A stretch of DNA of 62,922 nucleotides, the filler included, from Octopus bimaculoides (lineage: Eukaryota): assembly GCF_001194135.2 (NCBI RefSeq). It is 9 parts of 9 records of this genome, joined end to end, with 100 filler letters (N's around TTAATTAATTAA, not from the genome) between each part and the next. Parts side by side here need not be neighbours in the genome. Positions count along the whole stretch, not along the records: positions 19,747 to 40,456 come from NC_068987.1; 8 more parts are not named here. One strand, written 5' to 3'. A model generated the notes under the pieces. That model saw only the letters and a list, made by a program, of their open reading frames with translations, had not been told where the DNA came from and made no database searches. The position numbers and the translations under genes were made by a program. Below, one piece after another: positions 23,080 through 35,785 of the stretch (the first letter of the stretch is position 1; every line of letters starts with the position of its first letter).

Positions 23080-23493
23080 CTCTCCCTCTTTCTCTCTCAC
23101 ACTCTCTTTCTTTCTCTCGCACACACAAACACTTATATACACACACACACACTCGCTCTGTTTTATTTTTAGAATGACGATGATTAAGTAAAGAAAACAA
23201 CACCTTTGTTTCTTCTTCTTCGTCTTGCACCACCCAACAAATACAGACACATTACACCTCACACACACACACACACACACTCACTCATGCATACATACTT
23301 ACACAAGCATACATATATATATACATACATAACATGCATACACACACACATATGTATACACACATATAACATGCACGCACACACACACACACACACACAC
23401 ACTCATGCATACACACATACATACACAAACATACATATATATATATATACATACATAACATGCATACACACACACATATGTATACACACATAT

Positions 23494-23535
<42 letters not shown>

Positions 23536-23604
23536 AATATAGCTTGCACACGCATATAGCATGATTGCAAAACCAACTTTTTACACCTTGACCATGCCCA
23601 TTTA

Positions 23605-23605
23605 G

Positions 23606-23649
<44 letters not shown>

Positions 23650-23830
23650 TGTTTTAACGTCCACTTTTCCATGCTTGCATGGGTCGGAAGGAATTTCTTG
23701 AGGCAGATTTTCTCCAACCTAACAACCTTTCTGTCACCAATCCTCACCTGATTCCAAGCAAGGTAATATTTCCCCATGGCTAGAGATGTTTTCACAGCAG
23801 ACTGGGAATGAAGGACACCACTTGTTTGTT
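23605..23830 (-). mobile_element. RTE-type 3' end with a (ATG)n tail
   Basis: Minus strand ends CATGCAAGCATGGAAAAGTGGACGTTAAAACAATGATGATG; related ends at 30355, 36520-36720 and 42200. Confidence 0.6.
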
Positions 23831-23835
23831 GAGTG

Positions 23836-24050
23836 GGGGCATGTGGATTAGTGGTTAGGGTATTGGGCTCATGATCATAAGATTGTAGTTTCAATTCCTG
23901 GACCGGGCGACACAATGTGTTCTTAAGCAAAACACTTCATTTCACGTTGCTTCAGTCCACTCAGCTGGCGAAAATGAGTAGTTCGGCAATGGACCAGCGT
24001 CCCATCCAGGTGGGGAATACATACATCATGAACCCAGGAATCCGGCCCCT
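23836..24050 (+). mobile_element. SINE family B subtype 2
   Basis: TAGTGGTTAGGG A box, GTTTCAATTCC B box, TTCACGTTGCTTCAGTCCACTCAGCTGG core, GCAATGGAC..GCGTCCCATCCAGGTGGGG tail. Confidence 0.8.
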
Positions 24051-25163
24051 ATGTTTCGGCATTAACAACATCTCCTCTTCTCTTCATTCAGTCTCCTATG
24101 TTCAGTTTCAAAGCGCTCTACTTCCAGCATCTCACATGGACCTGATGATTATGATGAAGTCAATGATAAAGGTTTGAATTGACCTGAAGCTGTAGTAATT
24201 TTGAAAATATTAAAAAAAAATACATTTAACAAATGCCATGTGTGATTGAACCTAGGACCTCCCAATTACAAAGCAAACTTCTTAACTACCCAGCCATGCC
24301 TGAGAGCATGTGTGCGTGTATGCATGCACACACACACATGCACACATATGCACATGTGCACACCATATCTTCGTTTGTGGCAAAGCCATAACTCTGATTA
24401 TTATTGATGATGGAAATCAAACATTTGGATGGTGGGCCAAATAAGGAGAGGAGGATATGTAATGAATAATGGTTGTAGTGGCTAGATGCAGGAGATGATA
24501 GTAATGAAGATGATAGCAATGATGATGATGATGATAGTAGTAACGATGTTGATGACGATGCGACTAATGATAATGACGATGATGATAAGGAGGAGGATAA
24601 CAAGTGGGGATGGGTAGAGCAGGAGGGGGGGCAGTTGATGATGTCCAATAACAATGGATATGGCAGTAGTGGAAGTCGGTGCGAAGGGGTCTGGGTACAG
24701 CGATTGAAGTTGATAGAGATAATCATAGTAAAGGAGGTGATGGTGGCAGTGGAAGTGATGGTGGTGGTTGTGGTGAGGGGGGGGGGAAGAGCCCTTTGAA
24801 CAGGGCAGACCCTCTAGCAGTCACTGAAGAAGATCATTGCCGGCTGGGGAAAAAAAAAAAAAAAGATCAAAAAAACGAAAGGAAAAACAAATAGAATAGC
24901 AAGCATCTGTAGCAAGTGTTTGGAAGAGGCTGGGACTATTCACTGCTTTAATCGATACAGTTCAAAGGGGGGATTGGAGGATTGGGAAATATGATGACGA
25001 TTGTAATTAGGATTGTGATCATGTAATGTTAATGAACAAGAAGTAGAAGGAGCTTTGAGATTTTGCATTTGCTGGAATCCATCATGACATCATGTCGAAT
25101 TCCTACTTTACATGTCTAACCTCATTGCTGCGCTGTGCTAAGAAATACGTTGATGCTGGTGAC

Positions 25164-25194
<31 letters not shown>

Positions 25195-25195
<1 letters not shown>

Positions 25196-25320
25196 AACCT
25201 TATCTTAAGCCTTTAGCATTTAATCCGGCCATATTAGGCCCGAATATTCTACTTGTTTTATGTTAAAACTGACCGGATCCAAGCCCTCACACCTATCATA
25301 CAATGTCTTTATAAAAATAT
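25195..25320 (+). mobile_element. Possible piggyBac-like MITE end
   Basis: TTAA followed by CCTTTAGCATTTAA.CCGGCCATAT; no partner TIR seen. Confidence 0.3.
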
Positions 25321-25323
25321 ACA

Positions 25324-25592
25324 AGGCGCAGGAGTGGCTGTGTGGTAAGTAGCTTGCTTACCAACCACATGGTTCTGGGTTCAGTCCCACTGCGTGGCAC
25401 CTTGGGCAAGTGTCTTCTACTATAGCCTCGGGCCGACCAAAGCTTTGTGAGTGGATTTGGTAAGACGGAAACTGAAAGAAGCCTGTCGTATATATGTATA
25501 TATGTATGTGTGTGTATATGTTTGTGTGTCTGTGTTTGTCCCCTCAACATCGCTTGACAACCGATGGTGGTGTGTTTACGTCCCCGTAACTT
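25324..25592 (+). mobile_element. SINE family A, truncated by a gap
   Basis: Consensus head AGGCGCAGGAGTGGCTGTGTGGTAAGTAGCTTGC. Confidence 0.9.
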
Positions 25593-26049
25593 NNNNNNNN
25601 NNNNNNNNNNNNNNNNNNNNNNNNNNNNNNNNNNNNNNNNNNNNNNNNNNNNNNNNNNNNNNNNNNNNNNNNNNNNNNNNNNNNNNNNNNNNNNNNNNNN
25701 NNNNNNNNNNNNNNNNNNNNNNNNNNNNNNNNNNNNNNNNNNNNNNNNNNNNNNNNNNNNNNNNNNNNNNNNNNNNNNNNNNNNNNNNNNNNNNNNNNNN
25801 NNNNNNNNNNNNNNNNNNNNNNNNNNNNNNNNNNNNNNNNNNNNNNNNNNNNNNNNNNNNNNNNNNNNNNNNNNNNNNNNNNNNNNNNNNNNNNNNNNNN
25901 NNNNNNNNNNNNNNNNNNNNNNNNNNNNNNNNNNNNNGAGGGTGAGTCGAAAAGTAATGCCATTTTGTTTAGGACAGGTATAATTACCAACACAGGAACA
26001 TGTATCATACATCAAAATGAAGCTGGTCCTCTGTGGATCACATCCCTAC

Positions 26050-26269
26050 TTCTCAACATAGTCACTGTTTCTCTCAACAGCAATGTTCCACCTTTGAATG
26101 AGAGCATGTATCCCTGCCCTGTAAAATTCTGTTGACTGTTCTTTTGAGCCACTTCTTCACTACCTCCACACTCACCAGATTTAGCGCCTTCAGACTATCA
26201 TCTCTTCAGCGCCATGAAAGAGGGTTTGAGAGGCAAACATTATTCCAGTGACGAGGAAGTGAAAACCGC
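26050..26269. mobile_element. Rearranged mariner (DD34D-type) transposase 3' fragment
   Basis: Plus strand 26169-26269 HSPDLAPSDYHLFSAMKEGLRGKHYSSDEEVKTA; minus strand 26050-26161 VKKWLK-QSTEFYRAGIHALIQRWNIAVERNSDYVE. Confidence 0.85.
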
Positions 26270-26489
26270 CCTTCCAATCCACACATTTCTTCCATCGGTG
26301 TTGTAGTGCTTGGATCCCATACAATCGCCAAAATCAACTTTGACTTTCATTCTTTCAAGGTTGGTAAAATAAGTACCAGTTAAGCCCTGGGATCGATGTA
26401 ATCGACTTAACCCCTTCCCCCTAAAAATTACTGGCTTTGTGCCAAAATTTGAAATGATTTTTAATGTTATTGATATTTTGTTTTTTCAG

Positions 26490-26623
26490 GTTACTCCGAG
26501 TTGATGCGATTGCTCATTTACTCTGGTTTTTGTCCACGCCGCAAAGATAACTATGGTCAAACACCACTTCATTTGGCCTGTATTAGTGGAAACCTTACAG
26601 CCGTTAAGGAGTTATGTGAACAG
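26490..26623 (+). CDS. Internal coding exon, ankyrin repeats; resembles ankyrin-DHHC palmitoyltransferases of the Drosophila Patsas type
   Basis: TTTTTTCAG acceptor and CAG|GTATGG donor; (G)YSELMRLLIYSGFCPRRKDNYGQTPLHLACISGNLTAVKELCEQ has the G.TPLHLA...G...V..L ankyrin consensus. The Patsas assignment is from recall only. Confidence 0.85.
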
Positions 26624-27111
26624 GTATGGACAATTCTTCATTTTTTTCTCTTTTTCCTTATTCTTTTTCTTTTTCTTTCTATTTTTCTTTCTATATGAGG
26701 AAGATTTGACTGCTATTTCCAGCAACCATGTTGGGGCACACTGTTAGGTACTGTAGTATAATGTTGCTGTTTAATCTCAGGTCCTTTGGTGTAACTAGAG
26801 TACATGCTGTCTGAGGCTGTCCTTAAGTTTGTGTCCCCTACCCATCAGGCCCCCTCCCCGTCAGGCCCCCTCCCTGTCAGGTCCACTACTCATCAGGCTT
26901 CTTCCCCATCATGCCCCCTCCCCACTGTGTTCTCAAGCCTATACAAGCTTATACAATATGCCCCAAAGTGCTCCCCCTCCCTACCTAAAAGGATGGACCC
27001 CTCCAACTCCAGCTAGGCTACTGCCCAGGACAGCCCTGATCCAGCAGGACTATGTTTATAGGTATGCCCCCTTATGAACAACCCATTTTTGTATATATTC
27101 TGTATCTATAG

Positions 27112-27805
27112 CAGTGGTTCTCAACCAGGGTCCATATGGCCCTTAGGGCTCCATATAAGATTTTGTTGCTAAAATTTATCTGCAATAAACTTCTTATACA
27201 ATTCATGAAATATTTTTTAAAATTTTTATACAGTTATAAGCGCAGGAGTGGCTGTGTGGTAAATAGCATGATTACCAACCACATGGTTCCGGGTTCAGTC
27301 CCACTGCATGGCACCTTGGTCAAGTGTCTTCCACTATAGCCTCGGGCTGACCAAAGCCTTGTGAGCGGATTTGGTAGACAGAAACTGAAAGAAGCCTGTC
27401 GTATATATGTATGTATGTATATATATGTATGTGTGTGTATATGTTTGTGTGTCTGTGTTTGTCCCCCCAACATCGCTTGACAACCAATGATGGTGTGTTT
27501 ATGTCCCCGTAACTTAGCAGTTTGGCAAAAGAGACCGATAAAATAAGTACTAGGCTTACAAAGAATAAGTCCTGGGGCCGATTTGCTCGACTAAAGGCAG
27601 TGCTCCAGCATGGCCGCAGTCAAATGACTGAANNNNNNNNNNNNNNNNNNNNNNNNNACAAGTAAAGAGTAAAGATTTCCTAATAATATTTAATTATAAA
27701 AATATAATGTGACTTTTTTAAAACATCAAATGTTTTTTGGGGTCCAATAGAGTAAAATAGCAATGAAAGGGGTCATAGGTAAAAAAAAAATGGTTGGAAA
27801 CATTG
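27112..27805. mobile_element. Non-autonomous hAT (Charlie-like) element 1, interrupted by SINE A
   Basis: Left TIR CAGTGGTTCTCAACC (27112); degenerate right TIR GGTTGGAAACATTG (27792-27805); flanks ATCTATAG and ATCTAGAC. Confidence 0.65.
27238..27672 (+). mobile_element. SINE family A inserted in hAT element 1
   Basis: Full family A consensus. Confidence 0.9.
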
Positions 27806-27813
27806 ATCTAGAC

Positions 27814-28515
27814 CAGTGGCAGCTCGTAGATAAAATTAGTAGGGGTGCACTTCAGAAAATTTTTAGCCATTGTTTTAATATTGTGTAAAAGGAAACAAAC
27901 ATATAAAAAGAAAATTTATACATAAACTTGATCGGTTCACATTTTAGCCATTGCCAAGTAGTGTGTTTAATTTGTTCACTGAACACCGCTGCGAATTACC
28001 CTTTGTTTTTCAAAAATCACCCCTAAATCACAAAATAAGGGGGTAAAAATTTGCCCTATTTTTCAAATCCTGGCAGCAACACTGAAGCTGGAAGCAGGAT
28101 AATAATTTAATTCTACACTTTATCACATTCAAGAATATAAACATGTTTTTAAGTACAATGCACACAGTCAAAAAGAAACACTACCTTTCACCAGAACGCC
28201 AGGGTCAGCACTGCACGAACCACAGTGCTCTCTCTCCCTAGCATTCAGCTTCCTATCTTAGACATGTGAGCATGCACACAACAGCCAAACACCACATTGC
28301 TGGAACTGTGAAGCGCACAGTTCTATACAAGGATTTTTGTATTTCTTACATAAACTAGGAGATGGTTACTGATATTAAGCTTAAGGATTATATAATGTAC
28401 AAGGATAAAGAAAGAATTAAAGAAACAGGACTCATTATATTGAATGTTATCGATAATATTGAGAGGAAATAGGGGGTGCTGCAGTTCCGCAGTGCCTATA
28501 CACGAGCCGCCACTG
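27814..28515. mobile_element. Non-autonomous hAT element 2 (702 bp), complete
   Basis: TIRs CAGTGGCAGCTCGT and ACGAGCCGCCACTG (1 mismatch); perfect 8-bp TSD ATCTAGAC at 27806-27813 and 28516-28523. Confidence 0.9.
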
Positions 28516-28549
28516 ATCTAGACCTGCTTTTTAGACAGTAGTAGGGTGT

Positions 28550-28890
28550 GAAGGCACATGGCTCAGTAGTAGAGAATCAGGCTTGCAATCATGAGATTGT
28601 GAGTTTGATACCCAGACCAGGCTGTGTTGTGTTCTTGAGCAAGATACTTTATCTCACATTGCTCCAGTTCATTCAGCTGCAGAAATGAGTTGTAGCATCA
28701 CTGGTGCCAAGCTGTATTGGACTTTGCTTTTCCCTTGGACAGCATCAGTGGTGTGAAGGGGTGGGGGCTGGTATGCATGGACAACTGCTGGTCTTCCGCA
28801 AAACAACCTTGCCCAGACTTGCGCCTCAGAGGGGAACTTTCTATATGCAATCTATGCACTCCCATGGTCATTCATGACCGGAGGGGATCT
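28550..28890 (+). mobile_element. SINE family B, third tail subtype
   Basis: GGCTCAGTAG head, GAGTTTGATACC B box, TTCTTGAGCAAGATAC..TCACATTGCTCCAG core. Confidence 0.7.
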
Positions 28891-29634
28891 TTTACGGTAT
28901 GATGTGAAGGAGATTTGACTGCTATTTCTGGCTGAGTTGAGCAACTACTTACAGGTTGGTTCCCTTGTTGGCTCATGCTGCTGCTGCATGTTGAGTGTGA
29001 CATTGGCATAATGTAACTTATTCTCCATGAACATGAACCCTACACTTGTAACTTCCAGGCCTTACTTTAATTCAAACTATTTTGGCTTGTCTTTTGTTTG
29101 TTAAGACTCATTAGCTGTCAATTACTACAGCAAAGCTGTGGCATAAGCAGCAGCCTTAACAGGGATGATGATGATAATAAGGATGGTGCTGGTGGCCGGG
29201 GGGGTGGGGGGCTGGTGTTATTGTTCTTGGTGGGGTGGTGGTGGTGGTGGTNNNNNNNNNNGGTGCTGGTGGCCGGGGGGGTGGGGGGCTGGTGTTATTG
29301 TTCTTGGTGGGGTGGTGGTGGTGGTGGTGGTGGCTTTTGTTGTTCACATGTGTAGTTCGTTATTGTTTTTGTTGTTGTAGTGGTGGTGATGGTGGAGTGA
29401 AGGGGGGCAGGTGTTTTCTGATTCTATCCATGCTATCTAATTGACTTTGCTTGTCTGACAACTACCTGAAGATTTCAAGCTGTTTACCTGTCTGTCTGTC
29501 TGTCTGTGACTATTTGTTTAATGTTGTTTTCCTGTCTGTCTGTCTGTCTGTCTGATTGGTTGCCTAACTGACTGTCCATCTGATTGGCTGTCTGTCTGTA
29601 TTTATGCATACCAACAAATAAATACATGTGTGTA

Positions 29635-29670
<36 letters not shown>

Positions 29671-29838
29671 AAGAAATAGAAAAACTTTGGTACAGTATTA
29701 TATATTTGTAAAAATGAATAGAAATGATAGATTTTCTGATCATTTTTCCACGTTAATAATTGGATGTTTATAAGTCTAATTATTAAAGTGGAAAAATTAT
29801 CAGAAAAGCAGTTTCTATTAATTTTTTCAGATATATAC

Positions 29839-29925
<87 letters not shown>

Positions 29926-30354
29926 CCAAAGTGTACGTACGCTGCTATATTTTTACATATAAAAAATACAAAAATGGGACAAAAACGCAAAACATCCAGA
30001 CAGTTAGGTGATACAAAAAAGAGACAACAAAACATACAAACAGACGATACAAGGAAAACAAGGACGGGTCATTCGGAGTTTTCTTTCCTGAGATGAGTTC
30101 CAGATTATCTTTGCAATTTCGGCTGGTTATACTCGAGATTGCTCCAATCTGGCCAGCCTGAAGGAAAAACTAAGTTAAGAGCACTAGATTCCTTCAATAT
30201 TGGGGAGCAGGATTTCAGATCTCTTCCAGGTATTTTGTTGTATTCTTGGATAGGCCACTATAATTTTCCTTCTACATGTTGGCTATGTGGATAAGTTGTT
30301 TGCTTTGCAGTTATTCAAAGTGAGTTCAATCCTGCTGACCAACACCTTAGGCTC

Positions 30355-30815
30355 ATCATCATCATCATCATTGTTTAACGTCCGCCTTCCATGCTAGCAT
30401 GGGTTGGACAATTTGACTGAGGACTGGTGAACCAGATGGCTACACCAGGCTCCAATCTGATTTGGCAGAGTTTCTACAGCTGGATGCCCTTCCTAATGCC
30501 AACCACTCCGAGAGTGTAGTGGGTGCTTTTACATGCCACCGTCAGGCGGTACTGGCAACGGCCACACTCAAAATGGTGTATTTTACATGCCACCTGCACA
30601 GGAGCCAGTCCGGTGGCACTGGCAACGGTGTCACTCGAATGTTTTTTCATGTGCCACCAGCACAAGTGCCAGTAAGGCGAGACTGGTAACGATCACGCTC
30701 AAATGGTGCTATTTACGTGCCACTGGCACGGAAGCCAGACAGCTACTCTGGCAATGATCACTATCAGACGGTGCTTTTAGCGCTCCACTGGCACAGGTGC
30801 CATCATATGTGAAAT
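30355..30815 (-). mobile_element. RTE-tailed non-autonomous repeat with internal ~60-bp tandem units
   Basis: GCATGGAAGGCGGACGTTAAACAATGATGATG end on the minus strand; repeated GGCACTGGCAACG...GTG..TTTTACATGCCAC units at 30540-30790. Confidence 0.65.
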
Positions 30816-30895
30816 TTGATAGTAACTACACAGAAACCCATTGGATGTATATGTATATACAGTCATGCCTCTACCTTAAAACTGAATATTCATGG

Positions 30896-31195
30896 CGAAG
30901 GCATGTGACTCAGTGGTTAAGGTATTCAGTTCATAATCATAAGGTTGTGAGTTCAAAATCCAACACTGCATTGTATCCTTGAGCAAGACACTTTATTTCA
31001 CATTGCTACCAAAAATGAGTTATACCTGTAAGACAAAGAGCCTGCCCTGTCACATTCTGTGTCATACTGAATCTCCCTGAGAACTACATTAAGGGTAACT
31101 ATGTCTGTGGAGTGCTCAGCCACTTGTGTGTTAATATCACAAGCAGGCTGGGGTCAACTGGAACCCTTCATTGACATAACCAACAGAGTGCCAGT
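30896..31195 (+). mobile_element. SINE B1
   Basis: Homologous to 731-1050. Confidence 0.8.
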
Positions 31196-31646
31196 TATTT
31201 AAGATTTCTAAGTTTAGCTCTCAGCATATATGTATCATCACAGGTTCTTGTGTACGTATAACTGATTTCTGATATCAAAATCATTCATCATTTCTATGAC
31301 ACAAGAATGAAATTTAAAAGAACAAAAAAAAAAAGAAGTTATTGTTCTTGACATTATCTATATCCACTTTATGGAGTTTATATAGTTACAGGGAGGATTA
31401 AGCTATCAGAAAAAATAGGACACAAAACACAAAATAGAATTAAAGAAAGAAGATATGAGCCAACAATTATCTGGAGATGTAATGACCTTGGGTGTAAATC
31501 CTATTCTCTCGCCTCCCCAGAAAAGAGCTGTGAACCTTCGGTGACTAAATACATAGTTTTTGGCAACCTTTGTGTGACTTACTTATTATAAGTGATTCTG
31601 ATTTATTTTGCTTGGCATTGTAAACAATATTGTTATTGTTCAAGAC

Positions 31647-31680
<34 letters not shown>

Positions 31681-31859
31681 NNNNNNNNNNNNNNNNNNNN
31701 NNNNNNNNNNNNNNNNNNNNNNNNNNNNNNNNNNNNNNNNNNNNNNNAGAGAGAGAGAGAGAGAGAGAGAGATGTATATATAGATATGTATGTGTATGTA
31801 TATATCTATGTGTGTGTGTATTTGTATATATACAATTATATATGTATATCTTCTTTTGG

Positions 31860-32160
31860 GGGTGCAATGGTCCAATGGGGTTAGGACAGCGGACTCGCGG
31901 TCGGAGGATCGCGGTTTCAATTCCCAGACCAGGCGTTGTGTGTGTTTATTGAGCGAAAACACCTAAAGCTCCACAAGGCTCCGGCAGGGGGTGGTGGCGA
32001 CCCCTGTTGTACTCTTTTGCCCCAACTTTTTCTCACTCTTTCTTCCTGTTTTTTGAGTAACGCTGCGATGGACTGGCATCCTGTCCAGCTGGGAGGAACA
32101 CATACACCATAGAAACCAGGAAACCGGGCCCATGAGCCTGGCTAGGCTTTAAAAGGGCAC
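31860..32160 (+). mobile_element. SINE B2-like
   Basis: GGTTTCAATTCCC B box; GCGATGGACTGGCATCCTGTCCAG..GAAACC.GGAAACCGGGCCC tail. Confidence 0.7.
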
Positions 32161-32924
32161 ATAAATAAATAAAAAAATATATCTTCTTTTACTTGTTCCA
32201 GTCATTGGACTGTCATGATACTGGGGTACCACCTTGAAGGATGTAGTTGATCAAAATATACCCTAGTGCCTATTTTTTTTTTTTAAAGTTTGGTGTGCAC
32301 TCTATCTCTTTTTGCCAAACTTACAGAGATAGAAACAAACCAACACCAGTTATCAAGTTATGGTGGCAGGAAAACACGAATACACTCATGCACACACACA
32401 CACACACACACACATAGATGTATGTATATATGTATCTTTCTGTAGGTTTTTTTCAGGCACTGGGCTCAGGCCATGCTGGGACTCAGCCTTGAAGAGTTCT
32501 TGTCAATCCTTTTGACCCCAACACTTCTTTCAGGCTGGTACATATGTAACTGGTCACTATTTCTTGAACTGTTGAGTTTACAAGATATAAAGGGATGCAC
32601 CATGAACACAGACATGGAAGATACACGCACCTCACACACATGTATTGCACCTATGTACAGTAATCCCTCGATTGTCGCAGGTGTTACATTCCAAAACCTC
32701 TTATGATAGGGGACAAGTTTCCTCAATTGAAGTGGAGAATGATATTGAGGGTGGGGGAGGCTTTGTGACAGATGATGAGTGATTAAAGTATGATAGACGG
32801 ACAGAAATAGGAGAGGAGAGAAGAGAGAGAGGATATGGTGGTGATGTATTAGTGCAGAGATGGGGAGAAACGATGGTGGGGGAGACACATAGGTGGTACA
32901 TGTGTCAGGTAGGGTTGAGTTAGT

Positions 32925-33147
32925 GGAGGTTGTGGCTTAGTGGTTAGGGGTGTTCGAATCATGGTCATAAGATTCTGGTTTCAATTCCTGGACTGAACAA
33001 CACATTGTGTTCTTGAGCAAAACACCTCATTTCACATTGCTCCAGCCCACTCAGCTGGCAAAAATGAGTTATCTTGCAATGGACTGGCGTCCCATCCAGG
33101 TGGGGAGTATATACGCCACGGAAACCGGGAAACTGGCCCTTATGAGT
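32925..33147 (+). mobile_element. SINE B2
   Basis: Homologous to 23836-24050. Confidence 0.8.
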
Positions 33148-33184
33148 CGGTATAATTCGAAAAAGTAACTTTGCCTTTACCTAG

Positions 33185-33245
33185 GATTGGGTTGAAGTGG
33201 TTTACAATCATCTTGCTCTTCTGAACAGAGGTCATTATGGTAGAG
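33185..33245 (+). CDS. Candidate short internal exon (DWVEVVYNHLALLNRGHYGR)
   Basis: CTTTGCCTTTACCTAG acceptor, GAG|GTAAGA donor, one open frame; no homology recognised. Confidence 0.35.
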
Positions 33246-34109
33246 GTAAGACAAACAGAATTTGAAGTCTGTGTATCTGAGGGTAAGAACTTGTTGTAAT
33301 GGTGAGTGATTTCCTTCAAGCTCGTTGGAGAAAGCAAGGATTTCCTTTGGATGCTGTCTGGGCTGCTCTTATGTACAACAGCAGTAGCCCTGTCCCAGAT
33401 GTAGGAGCATTATTCCATTGTGAGTTTCATTTGGATTCCTGTAGAGTTACTATTCCTTCAAAGCCACCAAGGCTTTTCCATAAATCTTTCTTCATGCTCA
33501 CAGTTATTTCTTCATTTCTGTGACTGTTGCTATATAACTGTAGCCAACACTGCATGTGGAGCCTTCACTACACTTCTATCTATACTCAGTACTGCCATCC
33601 CTAACAATATTTATAGTAAAATTGTACCGAAACAATACATGTTCATCTGTGTGTAAGTTATAAAGGACTGCTCAGAAGAGAATAAGTTAATAATGGTAAG
33701 AAGGAGGCAAAGTGAAAGAGAGAGGGAGAGTGAAAGAGAGAAGGGGAGTGAAAGAGCGAAAGAGAGAGAGAGAGAGAGATGTAACTATGATATTCTCAGC
33801 AGGAACAGACAATGTTATAACTATGTAACAGAAGACAGTATCATTCAAACAAATAATGTGATATCAAAATATAGTGTTAAGATGTTGATATCTTTGCACA
33901 CACACACACACACAGATACACACACTCCCGCACAAACACACAGTAATCAATGTTCTGTAACTTCCAAAAGAACACACTTGTTCGCTGCCCTGTCTCTATC
34001 TTTATGCTTGTTTGAGCTATTTTTGGTCACCTAACCTTCATCTGATTGTTTGGTAGTTGACAGGTTATTAATATAGTGCTGTGAAATAATCTATCTTTTA
34101 CAGCATTCA

Positions 34110-34146
<37 letters not shown>

Positions 34147-34357
34147 ACATATACACACACGCACACACATATCCATTCTCACCATCTTTTTTTCTTTCTT
34201 CATCTTTCCTTCTTTCCTCTTATTATCTCTAGCTAGCTACTCTCCCTTTCTTTCTCTCTCCCCCTTCTGTCTCTCTCTCTCTCTCCCCCTTCTCTCTCTC
34301 ATCTTCCATTATTAAGTTTATCTCTAGCTCTCCTCTTTCTCTCTAGCTATCTCTCTT

Positions 34358-34388
<31 letters not shown>

Positions 34389-34944
34389 CTATCTCTCTTT
34401 CTCTTTCACTCTCCCTCCCTCTCTCTCTCTCTCTCTCTTTCTCTTTCACTCTCCCTCCTCTCTCTCTCTCTCTATTTCTCTTTCACTCTTCCTCCCCCCT
34501 TTCTCTCTCTTTCTCTTTCACTCTCCCTCCCCCCTCTCTCTCTCTGTGCATTTATGTCTGTCTATCTGCCTGTCTGTACCGCCATCATCTTAATCAAGTT
34601 CATTAACCACCAGAAATGGTCATCAGAAGAAGTAAGTAAGCATAACCCAACAAACAACACCACCTCCTCGCTGTACACCACACAACAGACACTCGATCTA
34701 ACAAGACAACTGACTACAACTAAAAGGTTAAGCTGACTGACAACTAACTACAAGGTCAAGAACTGAAACCTCGCTAAACGCATCACGTTGCAGGCACCCG
34801 CCCCCCTAGGCTAGAAACATTACCTTTCTTGCCTTTCTTGGCTTTCTTCTTTCACACTAGAGAGGGGTCAACAGTTGAAAGGAGCATATAATTGACCAAA
34901 AAATAAAACAAGAACAACCACTGCAACACTTGTTCCAACTCTAC

Positions 34945-35110
34945 ATTATTTCGTCTGTCTAAGTTCTGAGTTCAAATTCCACCGAGGTCGACTTTGCCTT
35001 TCATCTTTTCAGGGTCAATAAATTAAGTACCAGTTGCATACTGGGGTCGATCTAATCGACTGGCCCCCTTCCCAAAAATCTTGTGCCTTGTGCCTAGAGT
35101 AGAAAAGAGT
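34945..35110 (+). mobile_element. 5'-truncated SINE C
   Basis: GTTCTGAGTTCAAATTCCACCGAGGTCGACTTTGCC core and CCTTGTGCCTAGAGTAGAAAAG tail as at 9703. Confidence 0.8.
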
Positions 35111-35395
35111 ATATAACTCTACATAGATTTTTTTTTTTTAATTCATATTATGGATAGAATATGGTTGATATATTGGTCTGCATTATTCTTATTTACTTAA
35201 TTTTGTGATTTCTTTTTTTGGTTTTTAATTTCAACAATGGTATTATTGTTGGTTATAGGCTTCTACAAAGCCATTCTGTGGTTTGATGTACATTTGATAT
35301 AGAGAGTAACAAGGGATTGTCTGTGTTACCAAAAACCAGGCATGTTACTTTGGTTTAAACCAACAGATTTATACATACACATATATATATATATG

Positions 35396-35785
35396 TGGCT
35401 GTGTAGTAAGTAGCTTGCTTACCAACCACATGGTTCTGGGTTCATTCCCACTGCGTGGCACCTTGAGCAAGTGTCTTCTACTATAGTCTCGGGCCGACCA
35501 AAGTCTTGTGAGTGGATTTGGTAGACGGAAACTGAAAGAAGCCCGTCATATATATGTATATATATATATGTGCTTGTGTGTCTGTGTTTGTCCCCTCAAC
35601 ATCGCTTGACAACCGATGGTGGTGTGTTTACGTCCCCGTAACTTAGCGGTTCGGCAAAAGAGACCGATAGAATAAGTACTAGGTTTCCAAAGAATAAGTC
35701 CTGGGGTCGATTTGCTGGACTAAAGGCGGTGCTCCAGCATGGCCACAGTCAAATGACTGAAACAAGTAAAAGAGTAAAAGAGTAT
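35396..35785 (+). mobile_element. SINE family A
   Basis: Consensus match. Confidence 0.9.

Noticed and set aside
20415-27473. Recurrent short ORFs such as YDRLLSVSVYQIHSQGFGRPEAIVEDTCPRCHAVGLNPEPCG
   Set aside because: Antisense translations of SINE A copies, not a gene family
31392-31590. Open frames on both strands (RIKLSEKIGH...; RFTALFWGGERIGFTPK)
   Set aside because: Weak splice signals, no recognised homology, cannot choose a strand
33140-33337. Minus-strand 65-aa ORF
   Set aside because: No good acceptor; overlaps a better plus-strand exon candidate and ends in a SINE tail
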